This document shows positions 28,093 to 38,105 of a stretch of DNA of 64,000 bases, piece after piece. The stretch is from a candidate division WWE3 bacterium CSP1-7 (GTDB lineage Bacteria > Patescibacteriota > WWE3 > 9FT-COMBO-53-11). Numbering within the stretch: the first letter of the stretch is position 1; every line of letters starts with the position of its first letter. The notes below the pieces were generated by a model. The model worked only from the letters and a program-made list of their open reading frames with translations. It was not told the origin of the DNA and ran no database searches. Made by a program: the position numbers and the translations under genes. The stretch lies in the NCBI GenBank assembly GCA_001443395.1, contig LDXK01000001.1, positions 32,001 through 96,000 of the forward strand, given 5' to 3'.

Positions 28093-29187
28093 ATGAATCT
28101 CTACGAATTTGCCGCTTTCGTCCGGCGGGCCATAATCTACCTCGCGCTGGGAATCGCCGCGGCAGTCATCCTGTACTTTCTCTATAAACTGGCGGTAAAC
28201 ATCTATCTCACCATCTATCCCCCACCCGAAACTCCCCCCACGGTGGGGTTCGGAAAACTGCCAAAGCTAAGGCTCCCATCTCTGGAGATTAAAGGAAAAC
28301 CGGCCTACATTTTGGAAACGGCCACCGGCCAGCTGCCGCAGTTCGACGACCGGGCCAATGTGGTGGCGATGAAACCAAGCCAGCCGACGCTTCTAGGAGA
28401 ACAGAAGGCCCGAGAACTGGCGCGGGCGCTGGATTTTGGCGGGGAAGGAGACCTGAGCTCCGATAAGAAATTTCTCACTTTCCGAGATGCCACCGACGCC
28501 CGCACTCTCACCGTAAATGTCACCAACCAAAACTTCACTCTCACCACGACTTTCGCCCGGATCAGCACTCTTCCCAAAGGGTCGGCCCCTTCCGGGCCGG
28601 AAGCGATCCAGGAAGCGCGGGATATCTTGTCCCGCCTCGGGCTGCAGAAGTTCGGTTTTGAAGCCGGTAACCAAACCACCTCCTTCCGAGTGGCCAACTC
28701 ACAGGGAATTGCCGCGGCCGGATCGCTCTCGGAGGCGCATTTCACCGAAGTGGACTTCTTCCGCTCCTTAACTGAAGTCGGTGACCAAAATTACCCGATC
28801 GTGCCGACCGATCCCAAGAAAGGCCTCATCCAAGTTTGGGTGACCACCGGACTTAAGCCGGAAATCAACAACATCCTGGGGGTTACCTACAACGCCCAGG
28901 AAACCGAGATCGATAAAACCCAGGTGGAAACTTATCCCATCGGCGATGTGATGGCGAACTGGGAGGAAATCAAGTCCGGCCAGGGAACGGCTTACGTGGG
29001 GTCGGCGGAAGACTTAAGCACCGTCCAGATCAATTCGATCACCCTAGCGTACTTCGACGATGCCGTCCACCAGAACTATCTGCAGCCGATCTACGTTTTC
29101 TCCGGCGTTGCCAAAACCGTTAGCAACAAGGAAGTGGAATTCGTGGCTTATTCGCAGGCGGTTTCCGGAGATTGGCTAGAAGAATAA
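28093..29187 (+). CDS. Hypothetical N-terminally anchored extracytoplasmic protein
   Basis: TM helix then PPTVGFGKLP...YLQPIYVF; long ORF filling the gap. Confidence 0.8.
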   Translation: MNLYEFAAFVRRAIIYLALGIAAAVILYFLYKLAVNIYLTIYPPPETPPTVGFGKLPKLRLPSLEIKGKPAYILETATGQLPQFDDRANVVAMKPSQPTLLGEQKARELARALDFGGEGDLSSDKKFLTFRDATDARTLTVNVTNQNFTLTTTFARISTLPKGSAPSGPEAIQEARDILSRLGLQKFGFEAGNQTTSFRVANSQGIAAAGSLSEAHFTEVDFFRSLTEVGDQNYPIVPTDPKKGLIQVWVTTGLKPEINNILGVTYNAQETEIDKTQVETYPIGDVMANWEEIKSGQGTAYVGSAEDLSTVQINSITLAYFDDAVHQNYLQPIYVFSGVAKTVSNKEVEFVAYSQAVSGDWLEE

Positions 29188-29189
29188 CG

Positions 29190-30500
29190 TTAGAGGTGGT
29201 GATCCACTCGTTTCATATCGCGGGGGAAGAGGCTGGCTTCCCGAATATTTGCTAGTCCCAAAGTCTGCATCGTCACCCGCTCCGCGCCGATCGCAAATCC
29301 CCCGTGAGGTGGCATCCCGTATTTGAAAGCCTGCAAGTAGAGCTCAAAATCTTTCGGATCATTTCCCCACTTCTTGATATTGGAAACCAGTTTGTCGTAC
29401 TCGTGAATCCGCTGTCCCCCCGTCACCCACTCCAACCCCCGGCCCAGCAGGTCAAAGCTCAGAGTAAGTTCGGAATCATCCGGGTCGGGATGAACATAAA
29501 AAGGTCTTTTGGAGGTGGGAAAATGGGTGATAAAAACCATCTCCGAACCGTGTTTCTTTTTTGCCCATTCGCAAATGTCTTTTTCATCCTCGGGTGAGAG
29601 GTCCGGATCGCCACGGACGTCCCGGCCGGTCTCTTTGAAAATGACTTCCTGCGCCTCTTGCAATTTCAAACGAGGAAAGTGGGTCTTGTAAACCGGCAGC
29701 GTGGCCGAATAAAGAGCCATCTCTTCCTGACAGTTCTCCTTTATCCCCTTGAATATTCCCAAAGTCACTTTTTCGGCCAGGTCCAACAGGTCCGTCCAGT
29801 CCTCCAGGAATCCCATCTCGCAATCCAGGCTCACATACTCGGAGAGGTGGCGGGTTGTTTCGGAAGGTTCGGCCCGAAAGGCTTTGGTAACCGTGAAATC
29901 CCTCTCGAAAACTCCCACCATGATCTGCTTGTAGAGTTGGGGGCTCTGTCCCAAAAAGGCCTTTTTGTCATAGTACTCGACCGGGAAAACCTGCGCTCCC
30001 CCCTCGGTAACCGAAGGAACAATCGTCGGAGCCTGGAACTCGGTAAAATCCAAACCCTTCAGGATCTGGCGAAAGGAACTCACGATCACCTCTTGAACCT
30101 TGAAGATCGCTTTTACTTTGGGATGCCTAAGGGTGAGCGGACGGTAATCCAAGAGAGTCGGGAGTTCCACGTCGAGTTTCTCTTTGGTGATATCAAACGG
30201 AAGCTCTTGGGAGTGCGCCAAAACATCAATCTTGGAAACTTTCACCTCAACTTTTCCGGTCGGAAGGTGGGGGTTGATATTCTTTTCTCCTCTTTCTTTG
30301 ACCTCGCCGTTAACCCGAATCACATCTTGAACGTTGAGAACGGCGGCATCCTCACCGCAAACGAGCTGGGTAATTCCCGTCCGGTCAATCAAATCGATAA
30401 AGATCAGCTTTCCGTGATCGCGGCGGTTGTAAACCCAACCGGATAGGCAAACTTTTTTTCCAATTTTCTCGGGAGTTTCCGCGGAGAGTGTTCTTTCCAC
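29190..30500 (-). CDS. aspS: Aspartate--tRNA ligase, short archaeal/eukaryal-like type (probably non-discriminating)
   Basis: 436 aa, GQSPQLYKQ, FRAE, RHLSEY, GGQRIH, YGMPPHGG, FPRD; no GAD insertion. Confidence 0.9.
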   Translation of the reverse strand: MERTLSAETPEKIGKKVCLSGWVYNRRDHGKLIFIDLIDRTGITQLVCGEDAAVLNVQDVIRVNGEVKERGEKNINPHLPTGKVEVKVSKIDVLAHSQELPFDITKEKLDVELPTLLDYRPLTLRHPKVKAIFKVQEVIVSSFRQILKGLDFTEFQAPTIVPSVTEGGAQVFPVEYYDKKAFLGQSPQLYKQIMVGVFERDFTVTKAFRAEPSETTRHLSEYVSLDCEMGFLEDWTDLLDLAEKVTLGIFKGIKENCQEEMALYSATLPVYKTHFPRLKLQEAQEVIFKETGRDVRGDPDLSPEDEKDICEWAKKKHGSEMVFITHFPTSKRPFYVHPDPDDSELTLSFDLLGRGLEWVTGGQRIHEYDKLVSNIKKWGNDPKDFELYLQAFKYGMPPHGGFAIGAERVTMQTLGLANIREASLFPRDMKRVDHHL

Positions 30501-30514
30501 GCTCTAATGATAAC

Positions 30515-31918
30515 TTATCCGCGCACCATCTTCTCAATTTCCGAACGGGCCTGTTCGGTTTTGACAAACCGGAGCCAATCCGGCGAGGGTTTCCGGCCTT
30601 TGGCCGTAATAATCTCTATCATCTCACCGGTTTTGAGCGGGTAATCAAGGGAGACCACCTTGCCGTTTGCCTTGGCGCCGGCGCACTGCCGGCCGATCTG
30701 GGTGTGCACCGCAAAGGCAAAATCAACCGGGGTCGCGCCCTTCGGCAGAACCTTGACGTCTCCCTTGGGGGTGAATACAAAAACGCGGTCAGGAAAGAGA
30801 TCCAGCTCTCGGCCCTTCCCCCAGACCAAGAGAGACTTGATGATCCTGATCCTCTCCTCAGCGGTAACGTGCCGGTCTCCTTTTTCTTTGTAGATGGAAT
30901 GCGTCGCCAGGCCATACTCGGCGACCTCGTGCATCGGCCCCGTCCGGATCTGGATCTCCACCGGATGCTGATTCACTTCAAAGACCGCGTGGAGAGATTG
31001 ATAGCCATTGACCTTCGGATTAGCGATGTAGTCATCGAAGAGTTCGGGAACCTCCTTCCAAAGCCGGCGGACAATATCCAAAACTCGGTAGCAATTTTCG
31101 ACTGTATCGGTAACAACCCGCAGTCCCAACACATCAAAAAGACGGCCGCCGGGATGGCTCTTGTAGCGGGTCATCTTCCGGTAAACTCCAAAGAGGTGCT
31201 TGGTGCGGCTGGTGATTTCAACCGGAATGCTTTGATGATGGAGCTCCGTGGAAATCTTATCGGAAACCAGATCGACAACCCGGGACATTTTTTCGCTCTC
31301 CGACCGAACGGCGCTCTTGATACTTTCAAACTCGCGAGGGTGAAGAATCTCGAATGCCTGGTCCTCCATTTCGGACTTGAATCGGTAGAGCCCCAATATC
31401 TCCGCTAGCGGCGCCCAAATGTCAAAAACTTTCTGGGCGGATATTCTCCGCTCCTCCTCCGTCAGGACCGAGGAAGTGCGCAGGTTGTGGATCTTATCCG
31501 CCAGGCGAATTATCATCACCCGCGGATCATGAATCGAAGCCAGGATCAGGTGGCGGAGGTTTTCCCAGTCTTTCCCCTTGCCGATTTCCACCCGCCCGCT
31601 CGCCGCCCGGACCACTGTCAATCCGTCAACCAGCGCTGCGATCTCTTCATTGAACTCTTTTGCCAGCATCTGCCGGTCGATGTCGCTCTCTTCGAGAACA
31701 TCGTGAAGGAGCGCCGCCGCCAACGTCACCGAATCGACCCGATAATCCGCCAGATAATCGGCGGTTTTGAGAAGATGGGCGATCTCATCCTCGCCGTTCC
31801 GGCGCTTCTGCCCCAGGTGAGCCGCTTCCGCAAAAGCGTAGGCGTGGCGGACCAGATCCAGATCCACACCCTGGTCATACTCTTGATGTTTTTTCAAAAG
31901 AGTGTCCAAGTTCACCAT
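30515..31918 (-). CDS. rel: RelA/SpoT homolog (HD + synthetase + TGS, no ACT)
   Basis: LLHDVLE, LADKIHN, DYIANPKVNGYQSLH, EIQIRT, FTPKG...DFAF.VHT. Confidence 0.93.
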   Translation of the reverse strand: MVNLDTLLKKHQEYDQGVDLDLVRHAYAFAEAAHLGQKRRNGEDEIAHLLKTADYLADYRVDSVTLAAALLHDVLEESDIDRQMLAKEFNEEIAALVDGLTVVRAASGRVEIGKGKDWENLRHLILASIHDPRVMIIRLADKIHNLRTSSVLTEEERRISAQKVFDIWAPLAEILGLYRFKSEMEDQAFEILHPREFESIKSAVRSESEKMSRVVDLVSDKISTELHHQSIPVEITSRTKHLFGVYRKMTRYKSHPGGRLFDVLGLRVVTDTVENCYRVLDIVRRLWKEVPELFDDYIANPKVNGYQSLHAVFEVNQHPVEIQIRTGPMHEVAEYGLATHSIYKEKGDRHVTAEERIRIIKSLLVWGKGRELDLFPDRVFVFTPKGDVKVLPKGATPVDFAFAVHTQIGRQCAGAKANGKVVSLDYPLKTGEMIEIITAKGRKPSPDWLRFVKTEQARSEIEKMVRG

Positions 31919-31957
31919 TGCAGAATAAGCTTAACTCAAAGGTTAACGATTTCAATG

Positions 31958-31997
31958 GACGGCTCGGCTATGCCGAACCTAGCATTCCGGAGGAATG
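31958..31997 (-). mobile_element. Type A mini-cassette in recJ 3' end (translated)
   Basis: CATTCC-tcc-GGAATG-CTA-GGTTCGGC ata GCCGAGCC-GTC|CATTGA. Confidence 0.8.
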
Positions 31998-33614
31998 TGA
32001 AAGTTTTACATCCCGCGCTTTCAAGGTGATGCTTTCCTTACCTTGCCAGGATTCAATCTGAGGAGTGTAGGCAAAATCAATGGTCTGGCCGCGAGCCAAC
32101 GGTTGGGTGGCGTTAAACCACAAAACCTCAAATCCCGGGGCGACCCCCAGCTTGAGGTGGTTCTTCCCGCGCCCCACTTTTTTGACCTGTAAAACAGTTG
32201 CGCCCTCGGCCAGAAAAACCGGTTCGGGATTATCAACTCCGTGAGGAGAGAAATCCTGCAGTTCTTTAACCAACCCGGAATCAATCATCTCCAACGGAAG
32301 GGGGAAGTCAATCTTGAGAACGGGACGCGGGTCTAGTTTTGACAATTCCGGGTCGGCGTTTTTACGGACGGTTTTTATAAACTCTTCCAGTTTCTCGGTT
32401 CTGATCGTAAAACCGGCGGCGGCGGCGTGACCGCCAACATCCTCCAATAATTTGCCCGCTCCGCGCAAAACATCCACAATATTTAAACCGTTAACCGAAC
32501 GGGCGGAGCCTTTGGAGAAATCCTTGCCTTGGGAGATCACGATCGCCGGCCGACCGTACTCCTCGACAATTTTGCCGGCTACCAAACCGATGATTCCCTC
32601 ATGCCAGGAATCGTGATGGATGACAATCAGTCCTTCCTCGCCCTCTACCAATCCCTTGGCGTGGTCGAAGGTATGCACCGTCAGTTCCTGCCTCTCGGTG
32701 TTGACTCGATTGAGAACCTGAGCCAGCTGGTGAGCCCGGGTAGGATCGGTAGTGCACAGGAGGCGCAGCGCCTCAATCCCGTGTTTGAGCCGGCCGACCG
32801 CATTGATCCGCGGGCCAAACACCCATCCCGCCGCGTAGCTTCCCAGTGTTCCCGGCTTAAGGCCGGCAATCTCCGCCAGAGCCAGCAGGCCGGGACGCTC
32901 CAACCGGTTAAGCACCTCAAATCCGGATCTCACCAGCGAGCGGTTCGCTCCCAGAAGCGGCTGCAGATCCGCCACCGTGGCGATCGCCACGAGATCAAGA
33001 CTAGGGTCTAGGGAATAGGGTTTAGGGGGTAGCTGAGATGCCAGCAACCAGGCGATGCCGGTGCCGCAGAGGGCAGTGGTGTGGACAATGGCGTAGGCCT
33101 TCGGTAATTTTCGGGGTTTGAGGTGGTGGTCGGTGATGATCAGATCAGCTCCCAATTCTTTGATCAGGTCCGCCTCCGCCCCGGCCGTTATTCCGGAGTC
33201 GACTGTGATAATCAAACGGCAACCCTCCCCCACCAGTTTTTTGATTGCGGCGGCGCCCAGGCCGTACCCCTCCTCAAAACGGTCGGGAATGTGGGGAAGG
33301 GCTTTTGCCCCCAGTCCGTACAACGTTTGCCACAGAACCGCGGTGGCGCAGATACCATCCACATCGTAGTCCCCCCAGACAATAATCTTCTCCCCTTTTT
33401 GAATGGCGGTTTTGATTCGAGAAACAGCGCGGTTGAGCTGGTCTTGATCAAGATCGGAAAAATACTTGGCGGATTGGGCAATCAGATCGCTTGGTTTGGG
33501 AGGGGTGAAGAATTCCTCCTGGTTCTTGATTCCCCTATTACCGAGAAGAGTTCTTTTGATTTCTTCCAGATTATCCGGCTTCCGGTCGCTAACCAATTCC
33601 CATCGTTTTTTCAT
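31968..33614 (-). CDS. recJ: ssDNA exonuclease RecJ
   Basis: GDYDVDG, TVDSG, TDHH, PRINAVGR, GSARS, GGHAAAAG. Confidence 0.96.
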   Translation of the reverse strand: MKKRWELVSDRKPDNLEEIKRTLLGNRGIKNQEEFFTPPKPSDLIAQSAKYFSDLDQDQLNRAVSRIKTAIQKGEKIIVWGDYDVDGICATAVLWQTLYGLGAKALPHIPDRFEEGYGLGAAAIKKLVGEGCRLIITVDSGITAGAEADLIKELGADLIITDHHLKPRKLPKAYAIVHTTALCGTGIAWLLASQLPPKPYSLDPSLDLVAIATVADLQPLLGANRSLVRSGFEVLNRLERPGLLALAEIAGLKPGTLGSYAAGWVFGPRINAVGRLKHGIEALRLLCTTDPTRAHQLAQVLNRVNTERQELTVHTFDHAKGLVEGEEGLIVIHHDSWHEGIIGLVAGKIVEEYGRPAIVISQGKDFSKGSARSVNGLNIVDVLRGAGKLLEDVGGHAAAAGFTIRTEKLEEFIKTVRKNADPELSKLDPRPVLKIDFPLPLEMIDSGLVKELQDFSPHGVDNPEPVFLAEGATVLQVKKVGRGKNHLKLGVAPGFEVLWFNATQPLARGQTIDFAYTPQIESWQGKESITLKARDVKLSHSSGMLGSA

Positions 33615-34514
33615 TTAGGGAAGTCGGAGAACCCCCCGCCAACCATGCTTGACCGAAAGCTTGTGCCAAACCACCAGAAGCGGGGCGGCGGTGAAGGTAG
33701 AAGAATAGGTCCCCGAGACCGTTCCCACCAGGAGAGCAAAAACGAACCATTTCAGAGTCTCGCCGCCCAGAGCAAAGAGGGCCAGAAGCATAAAGATGAT
33801 CGTCAAGGAATTATTGAGGGAGCGAACCATCGTCTCTCCCACCGCCTGATCCACGGCTTCCTCGAGATCGAGGTTGGCATTGCGGCGAATTTCCCTGATC
33901 CTGTCAAAAACGACAATCGTGTCATGGACCGAAAAAGAAAGAGTAGTGAGAACTGCGGTCACAAAAAGAGTTCCGATTTCGACTCCGGCGAAGCGGCCGA
34001 GCAGGGAAAATACTCCGAACAGGACCAAAGTGTCGTGAAACATCGCCAGAATTGCAGTCGCCCCGTATGCCAAATTCTTGAAGCGATAGGCGACGTAGAG
34101 CAGGATGGCCAGGGTCGCCAGGACAACGGCAAAAGCCGCCTTGCGAAGCAGTTCCGTCCCCAGGCGCGGGCCCAGAGTCTCAAAACGAATCTCCGTAAAA
34201 TCGCCGATCCTCTCTTTCAAAGCTGCGGCAATGGTCTGCTTTTGAGAAGAATCCACCACAGCGGTTTTGATCAACAACCGATCCTCCGCCGCGGTCTGGA
34301 TTTCCACCGGCAGCTTTTCGACTTCAAATACGCTCTGAACCACTTCAATTCCGGAAGAAACTCGATCGCTCGCGACCTGAATTTCCCAGAGAGTACCTCC
34401 GGTGAAATCGATGGAAGGTTTGAGACCGAAAGAAATTAAGGAAACTAACCCCGGCAGGATCACCGCCAGGGAGACGAGGAAAAACAGCAATTTATAGCGC
34501 ATAAACTTGAGCAT
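33615..34514 (-). CDS. secF: Protein translocase subunit SecF
   Basis: IDFTGG, HDTIVVFDRIRE, GTYSS. Confidence 0.95.
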   Translation of the reverse strand: MLKFMRYKLLFFLVSLAVILPGLVSLISFGLKPSIDFTGGTLWEIQVASDRVSSGIEVVQSVFEVEKLPVEIQTAAEDRLLIKTAVVDSSQKQTIAAALKERIGDFTEIRFETLGPRLGTELLRKAAFAVVLATLAILLYVAYRFKNLAYGATAILAMFHDTLVLFGVFSLLGRFAGVEIGTLFVTAVLTTLSFSVHDTIVVFDRIREIRRNANLDLEEAVDQAVGETMVRSLNNSLTIIFMLLALFALGGETLKWFVFALLVGTVSGTYSSTFTAAPLLVVWHKLSVKHGWRGVLRLP

Positions 34515-34515
34515 T

Positions 34516-35823
34516 TTAGCGATAAAAAACCCGCACGAGCGTCCGCGTCACCAAAACACCGGTGAAAAGCGAAAGCAAAACTCCCAAACCCAGAGTCAGC
34601 GCAAATCCCCGCACCATCCCCGAAGTCACCAGGAAAGACCAATCAAAAGGGTTGAAAAGGATTGAGACCGTCGCCAGCGTCGCCAGGTTCGCATCGCGAA
34701 TCGAATCCCAGGCCCGTCCAAATCCCAACTCCATTGCCGTCTTGAGATCCTTCCCCCACCGCCGTTCTTCCTTGATCCGCTCAAAAACCAGGATGTTCGC
34801 GTCGACCGCCATCCCGACGGAAAGAATAAATCCGGCAATCCCCGAGAGAGTTAGCGTAACCGGAATCAACTTGTAGATCGCCAGTGTGAGAGTGCCGTAG
34901 ATCGCCAACGCAATGGCGGCCAGCAAACCCAATCGGCCATAGTTTCCCACCATGAAAAGAAGAACCAACACCAACCCGGCCAATCCCGCTACCACACTTT
35001 TCTGAAGCTCCTGCTCCCCCAGCGTCGGGCCGATCTGGCGCCTCTCTAAAACCGAAATAGGGGTCGGCAGGGCTCCGGCATTCAGCTGGGCCACGAAGCG
35101 GCGGGCCTCCTCCAGGGTGAAAGTGCCGGTGATCACGGCGCTTCCGCCGGAAATCTTTCCCTGCACCGTCGGGGCAGAGAGAACCGCCCCGTCCAAAAAA
35201 ATCGCCAGCGGCTGGCCGATGTTTCGGGCCGTGATCTCCTCAAACTTCTTCGCCCCCGCAGCGGTAAAGGTCAGACCGATCTGGGGATTGCCGTTCGTGC
35301 TGTCAAATTGGAGATCCGCTTTTGCCAAATCTTTGCCGGTCAATCCGGTAGTGACAAAATTATCCCCTTCCCGAAAGGGCTGCCCCTCGGTATCCTCGGG
35401 TTGCAATTTCGCTTCGCGAAAGTCGAGCTGGGCGGTCGACCCGATAAGCGCCAGGGCTTCTTCAGGGTTGGTGACGCCGGGAAGTTCCACAATTATTCGG
35501 AAAGATTCTCCCAGTCGAGAAGTCTGGACCGTCGGTTCCGCCACCCCCAGAAAATCAACTCTCCGCTCGATCACCGCCCGGGCACTCTCCAAGGCCGAGG
35601 GACGATCGGCCGAGGAAACACCGGACATTTCCGCTTCCAAAACCAGCTGCAAACCACCCTGCAAGTCCAACCCGCGGCGGAGGGTAAAATCGTAGGGAAA
35701 ACTCCGGTCAAAAAGGCGAATCTCACCTTTCCCATTCCACAAAAATCCGCCGGCGGCCACGATCGCCGCCAAAATAGTCAATAAAATAATTACCAGAAAA
35801 ATCCGAATCGGGGTTAACTTCAT
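34516..35823 (-). CDS. secD: Protein translocase subunit SecD
   Basis: GLDLQGG, GALP, IGPTLG, GMAVDANILVFERIKEE. Confidence 0.96.
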   Translation of the reverse strand: MKLTPIRIFLVIILLTILAAIVAAGGFLWNGKGEIRLFDRSFPYDFTLRRGLDLQGGLQLVLEAEMSGVSSADRPSALESARAVIERRVDFLGVAEPTVQTSRLGESFRIIVELPGVTNPEEALALIGSTAQLDFREAKLQPEDTEGQPFREGDNFVTTGLTGKDLAKADLQFDSTNGNPQIGLTFTAAGAKKFEEITARNIGQPLAIFLDGAVLSAPTVQGKISGGSAVITGTFTLEEARRFVAQLNAGALPTPISVLERRQIGPTLGEQELQKSVVAGLAGLVLVLLFMVGNYGRLGLLAAIALAIYGTLTLAIYKLIPVTLTLSGIAGFILSVGMAVDANILVFERIKEERRWGKDLKTAMELGFGRAWDSIRDANLATLATVSILFNPFDWSFLVTSGMVRGFALTLGLGVLLSLFTGVLVTRTLVRVFYR

Positions 35824-36008
35824 CTTTGTTTTTTCTCAACTGCTAGAGGAAGCTGCCGGACCGACGGGAAACTAAAAGTGATTTCTCCTTTGACATAATT
35901 AATCGATACTTCCACCGGATCACCAATTCTGAGGTTTAAAACTTTGATGAAATCCGCAGGCAAAGTCACCGCCGCGGAGTTTCCGGTTTGGATGATCTTT
36001 TTTGCCAT
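35820..36008 (-). CDS. AbrB/MazE/SpoVT-type DNA-binding protein
   Basis: KIIQTGNSAAVTLP...L.IGD.V. Confidence 0.85.
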   Translation of the reverse strand: MAKKIIQTGNSAAVTLPADFIKVLNLRIGDPVEVSINYVKGEITFSFPSVRQLPLAVEKKQR

Positions 36009-36033
36009 CGCTCCAATGATAGCAGACAAAACT

Positions 36034-36696
36034 CTAGATCGAGAGGTAATTATCCGGTCCCGTGGTCAAGACAACTTTGGGCTGGAGGAGAGCGTTGATA
36101 ATCAACGGGTCGCGCCGCTTCTTCAGCTCATCAAACTCTTTTTCCGAAAGAACCGCGTAGTTGATCTCATTGCCCCGGTGCTTCTCTTCTTCTTTGACAA
36201 CAACGGAGATCTTTGACACCGGAATCCGGCCCACTATCAGGATATCGATGTCATTTGGTCCGGCTGTCCTTCCTAGAAGGAAGGGAATCGAAACAAAAGC
36301 GAACTTGATGTCGCGGCTGTTCCGGCCAAGCAGAGCCTTTCCCAGACCCTCCTCTTTCACCACCAACCCCAGGACCTCCCCCAAAAGAGGAAAATCATGG
36401 CGCAGCTGGTAATAAATTCGGTTCTTCTGGGGGTTGGGCTGCAGCATCCCCAGTCCGGTTAAGTTTTCCAGTTCCCGCCGCACCGCATTGATCTCGGTCC
36501 CCACCCGACGAGTGATCTCACGGACGTGATACGAAACCGCCGGGCGCAGCAGAAAAAGCTTTAGAATATCCACCCGCACCTGCGAAACAAAAAGCTTCTT
36601 CAGAGCACCGGCGGCCGAAGCCAGACTCCGCCCTCCTCCAGATCGCGTTCGGCGAGTCGTTCTTGTTGTTTTTCGGCCAGGTTTAATTAAAGCCAT
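36034..36696 (-). CDS. Winged-HTH regulator fused to nucleotidyltransferase-like domain
   Basis: YHVREITRRVGTEINAVRREL HTH; DIDILIVG...EINY MNT-like core. Confidence 0.75.
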   Translation of the reverse strand: MALIKPGRKTTRTTRRTRSGGGRSLASAAGALKKLFVSQVRVDILKLFLLRPAVSYHVREITRRVGTEINAVRRELENLTGLGMLQPNPQKNRIYYQLRHDFPLLGEVLGLVVKEEGLGKALLGRNSRDIKFAFVSIPFLLGRTAGPNDIDILIVGRIPVSKISVVVKEEEKHRGNEINYAVLSEKEFDELKKRRDPLIINALLQPKVVLTTGPDNYLSI

Positions 36697-36713
36697 TCAT
36701 CTTCACCCCCTCC

Positions 36714-36754
36714 CAATTTTTCTTAAAAATTGCTAGCCCGCTTAGGCGGGCGTC
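36714..36754 (+). mobile_element. Type A mini-cassette after DUF3048 stop
   Basis: CAATTTTT-ctt-AAAAATTG-CTA-GCCCGC ttag GCGGGC-GTC|CAATTA. Confidence 0.8.
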
Positions 36755-36757
36755 CAA

Positions 36758-37912
36758 TTATTTAGGAATAATCTCGATCCAAGTTAAGCCTCGGTTGAAA
36801 TTAATTTCGGTGCTCTTCCCCCGCTTGTAGAACTTCATTCGGGCGGAAACAGACGACCGTTTCCAAGTCCCCAAAATTTTGACCCCGTCCAGGTAGATCT
36901 CGGCATTCCCCTGCCCCGTTGTGGTGTAGAGGAGATGGCCTGTTCCGTCCCCGGCCGAGCGCTGGGAGACGTGCGCCAGGACGATGTTTTTGGCGGAGAG
37001 TTGTTTCTTGGTGGCCTGGTCGAGGTGCTTGGCTCCCCCTTGAAAACGGAGGTAGGAATTCGTGGTCCGATCGTAGCGCCATTCTCCCTTGTAGGCCACC
37101 GGGTAGCCCCAGAAACTGAAGGAAATTTTTTGGGCCTTTGGCCGCTGGGCGTAGGGCGATTCCGCCTTGAACTTCCATTGGGAGAAGTTGGGTAAAGTGT
37201 TTGTTCCCTGGTAGAGAGATTGGCCGGCGTTCCAGAGCTTCTGGGTGGAGGTGTAATTGATGTGAGATAGCACCATCCCCCCATTGAAAAGGACATTGCC
37301 GCCGAAGGTGAAGGTAGAGGAACCGAGCCGAAACTGATCGAGATCCAGAACCCCGTGACCGGCAATGTAGTCGTAGATGTTGGCCGGCGAACCATGGGTG
37401 GAAGCTCCGCCGACATGGGCATAGTAGGCCGGAAACTGGAGCGCCCATTGAATGAAATAGACCCGGGAGGAGCGGACGGGTCCGATCTTGGGCACACTCT
37501 GACCGTGAAAGACCGCCAGAAATCTCGTGATGCCGCCCTCGGCCACCGCCTCGTAGATCTGGTCGGCCTTCTGCAGCCCAAACTGATAACGCCGGGCTAG
37601 CGAGTGGTTATCGATCATCACCGCCAGGGGGCGCTTCTTCTGCCAGAACTCGGCCTCACTCTCCGAGTAAAAAGTCCCGCTGATCGGCTGGACAGTTTCT
37701 TTTATCGCGGGATCGGCGAGGGCCACCGCGGGTTTGTTATCGGCGCCTCCCAAAGGATTAATGAACGGGAGGGAAAAATACTGGGCGAGGAGAAGGTATC
37801 CCCCGCCGGCCGTAAAAACAAAAAGGAACCATCCCGTCAGAAGAATTCCGCGGCGATGGTTTCTCAGGAATCCCACGAAATTAGACCAATATTTACTCAA
37901 TCGTTCACGCAT
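36758..37912 (-). CDS. DUF3048 (YerB-like) membrane-anchored protein
   Basis: RPLAVMIDNH, EGGITRF, IGPVRSSR, HVGG. Confidence 0.88.
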   Translation of the reverse strand: MRERLSKYWSNFVGFLRNHRRGILLTGWFLFVFTAGGGYLLLAQYFSLPFINPLGGADNKPAVALADPAIKETVQPISGTFYSESEAEFWQKKRPLAVMIDNHSLARRYQFGLQKADQIYEAVAEGGITRFLAVFHGQSVPKIGPVRSSRVYFIQWALQFPAYYAHVGGASTHGSPANIYDYIAGHGVLDLDQFRLGSSTFTFGGNVLFNGGMVLSHINYTSTQKLWNAGQSLYQGTNTLPNFSQWKFKAESPYAQRPKAQKISFSFWGYPVAYKGEWRYDRTTNSYLRFQGGAKHLDQATKKQLSAKNIVLAHVSQRSAGDGTGHLLYTTTGQGNAEIYLDGVKILGTWKRSSVSARMKFYKRGKSTEINFNRGLTWIEIIPK

Positions 37913-37989
37913 CACGCTTTACTGGACTAGTAACCTCAAATCGTACCCTTTCATTACTCAATGTAACAAGATTGGAATCGGGGTTGCAA

Positions 37990-38046
37990 GTGCTGTCCTC
38001 GCTTACGCTCGGTTGCACTAATTACTCGCTAGCGCTGCGTCATTAG
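37990..38046 (+). repeat. Type C element with flanking stem
   Basis: GTGCTGTCCTCGCTTACGCTCGGTTGC-ACTAAT...ATTAGT. Confidence 0.65.
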
Positions 38047-38056
38047 TTCCGAGAAG

Positions 38057-38098
38057 GACGGCTTGGCTACGCCAAACCTAGCCTTAGCTTTGCTAAAG
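38057..38098 (-). mobile_element. Type A mini-cassette in promoter of 38106 gene
   Basis: CTTTAGC-aaa-GCTAAGG-CTA-GGTTTGGC gta GCCAAGCC-GTC|CTT. Confidence 0.75.
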
Positions 38099-38105
38099 TT
38101 AAACC

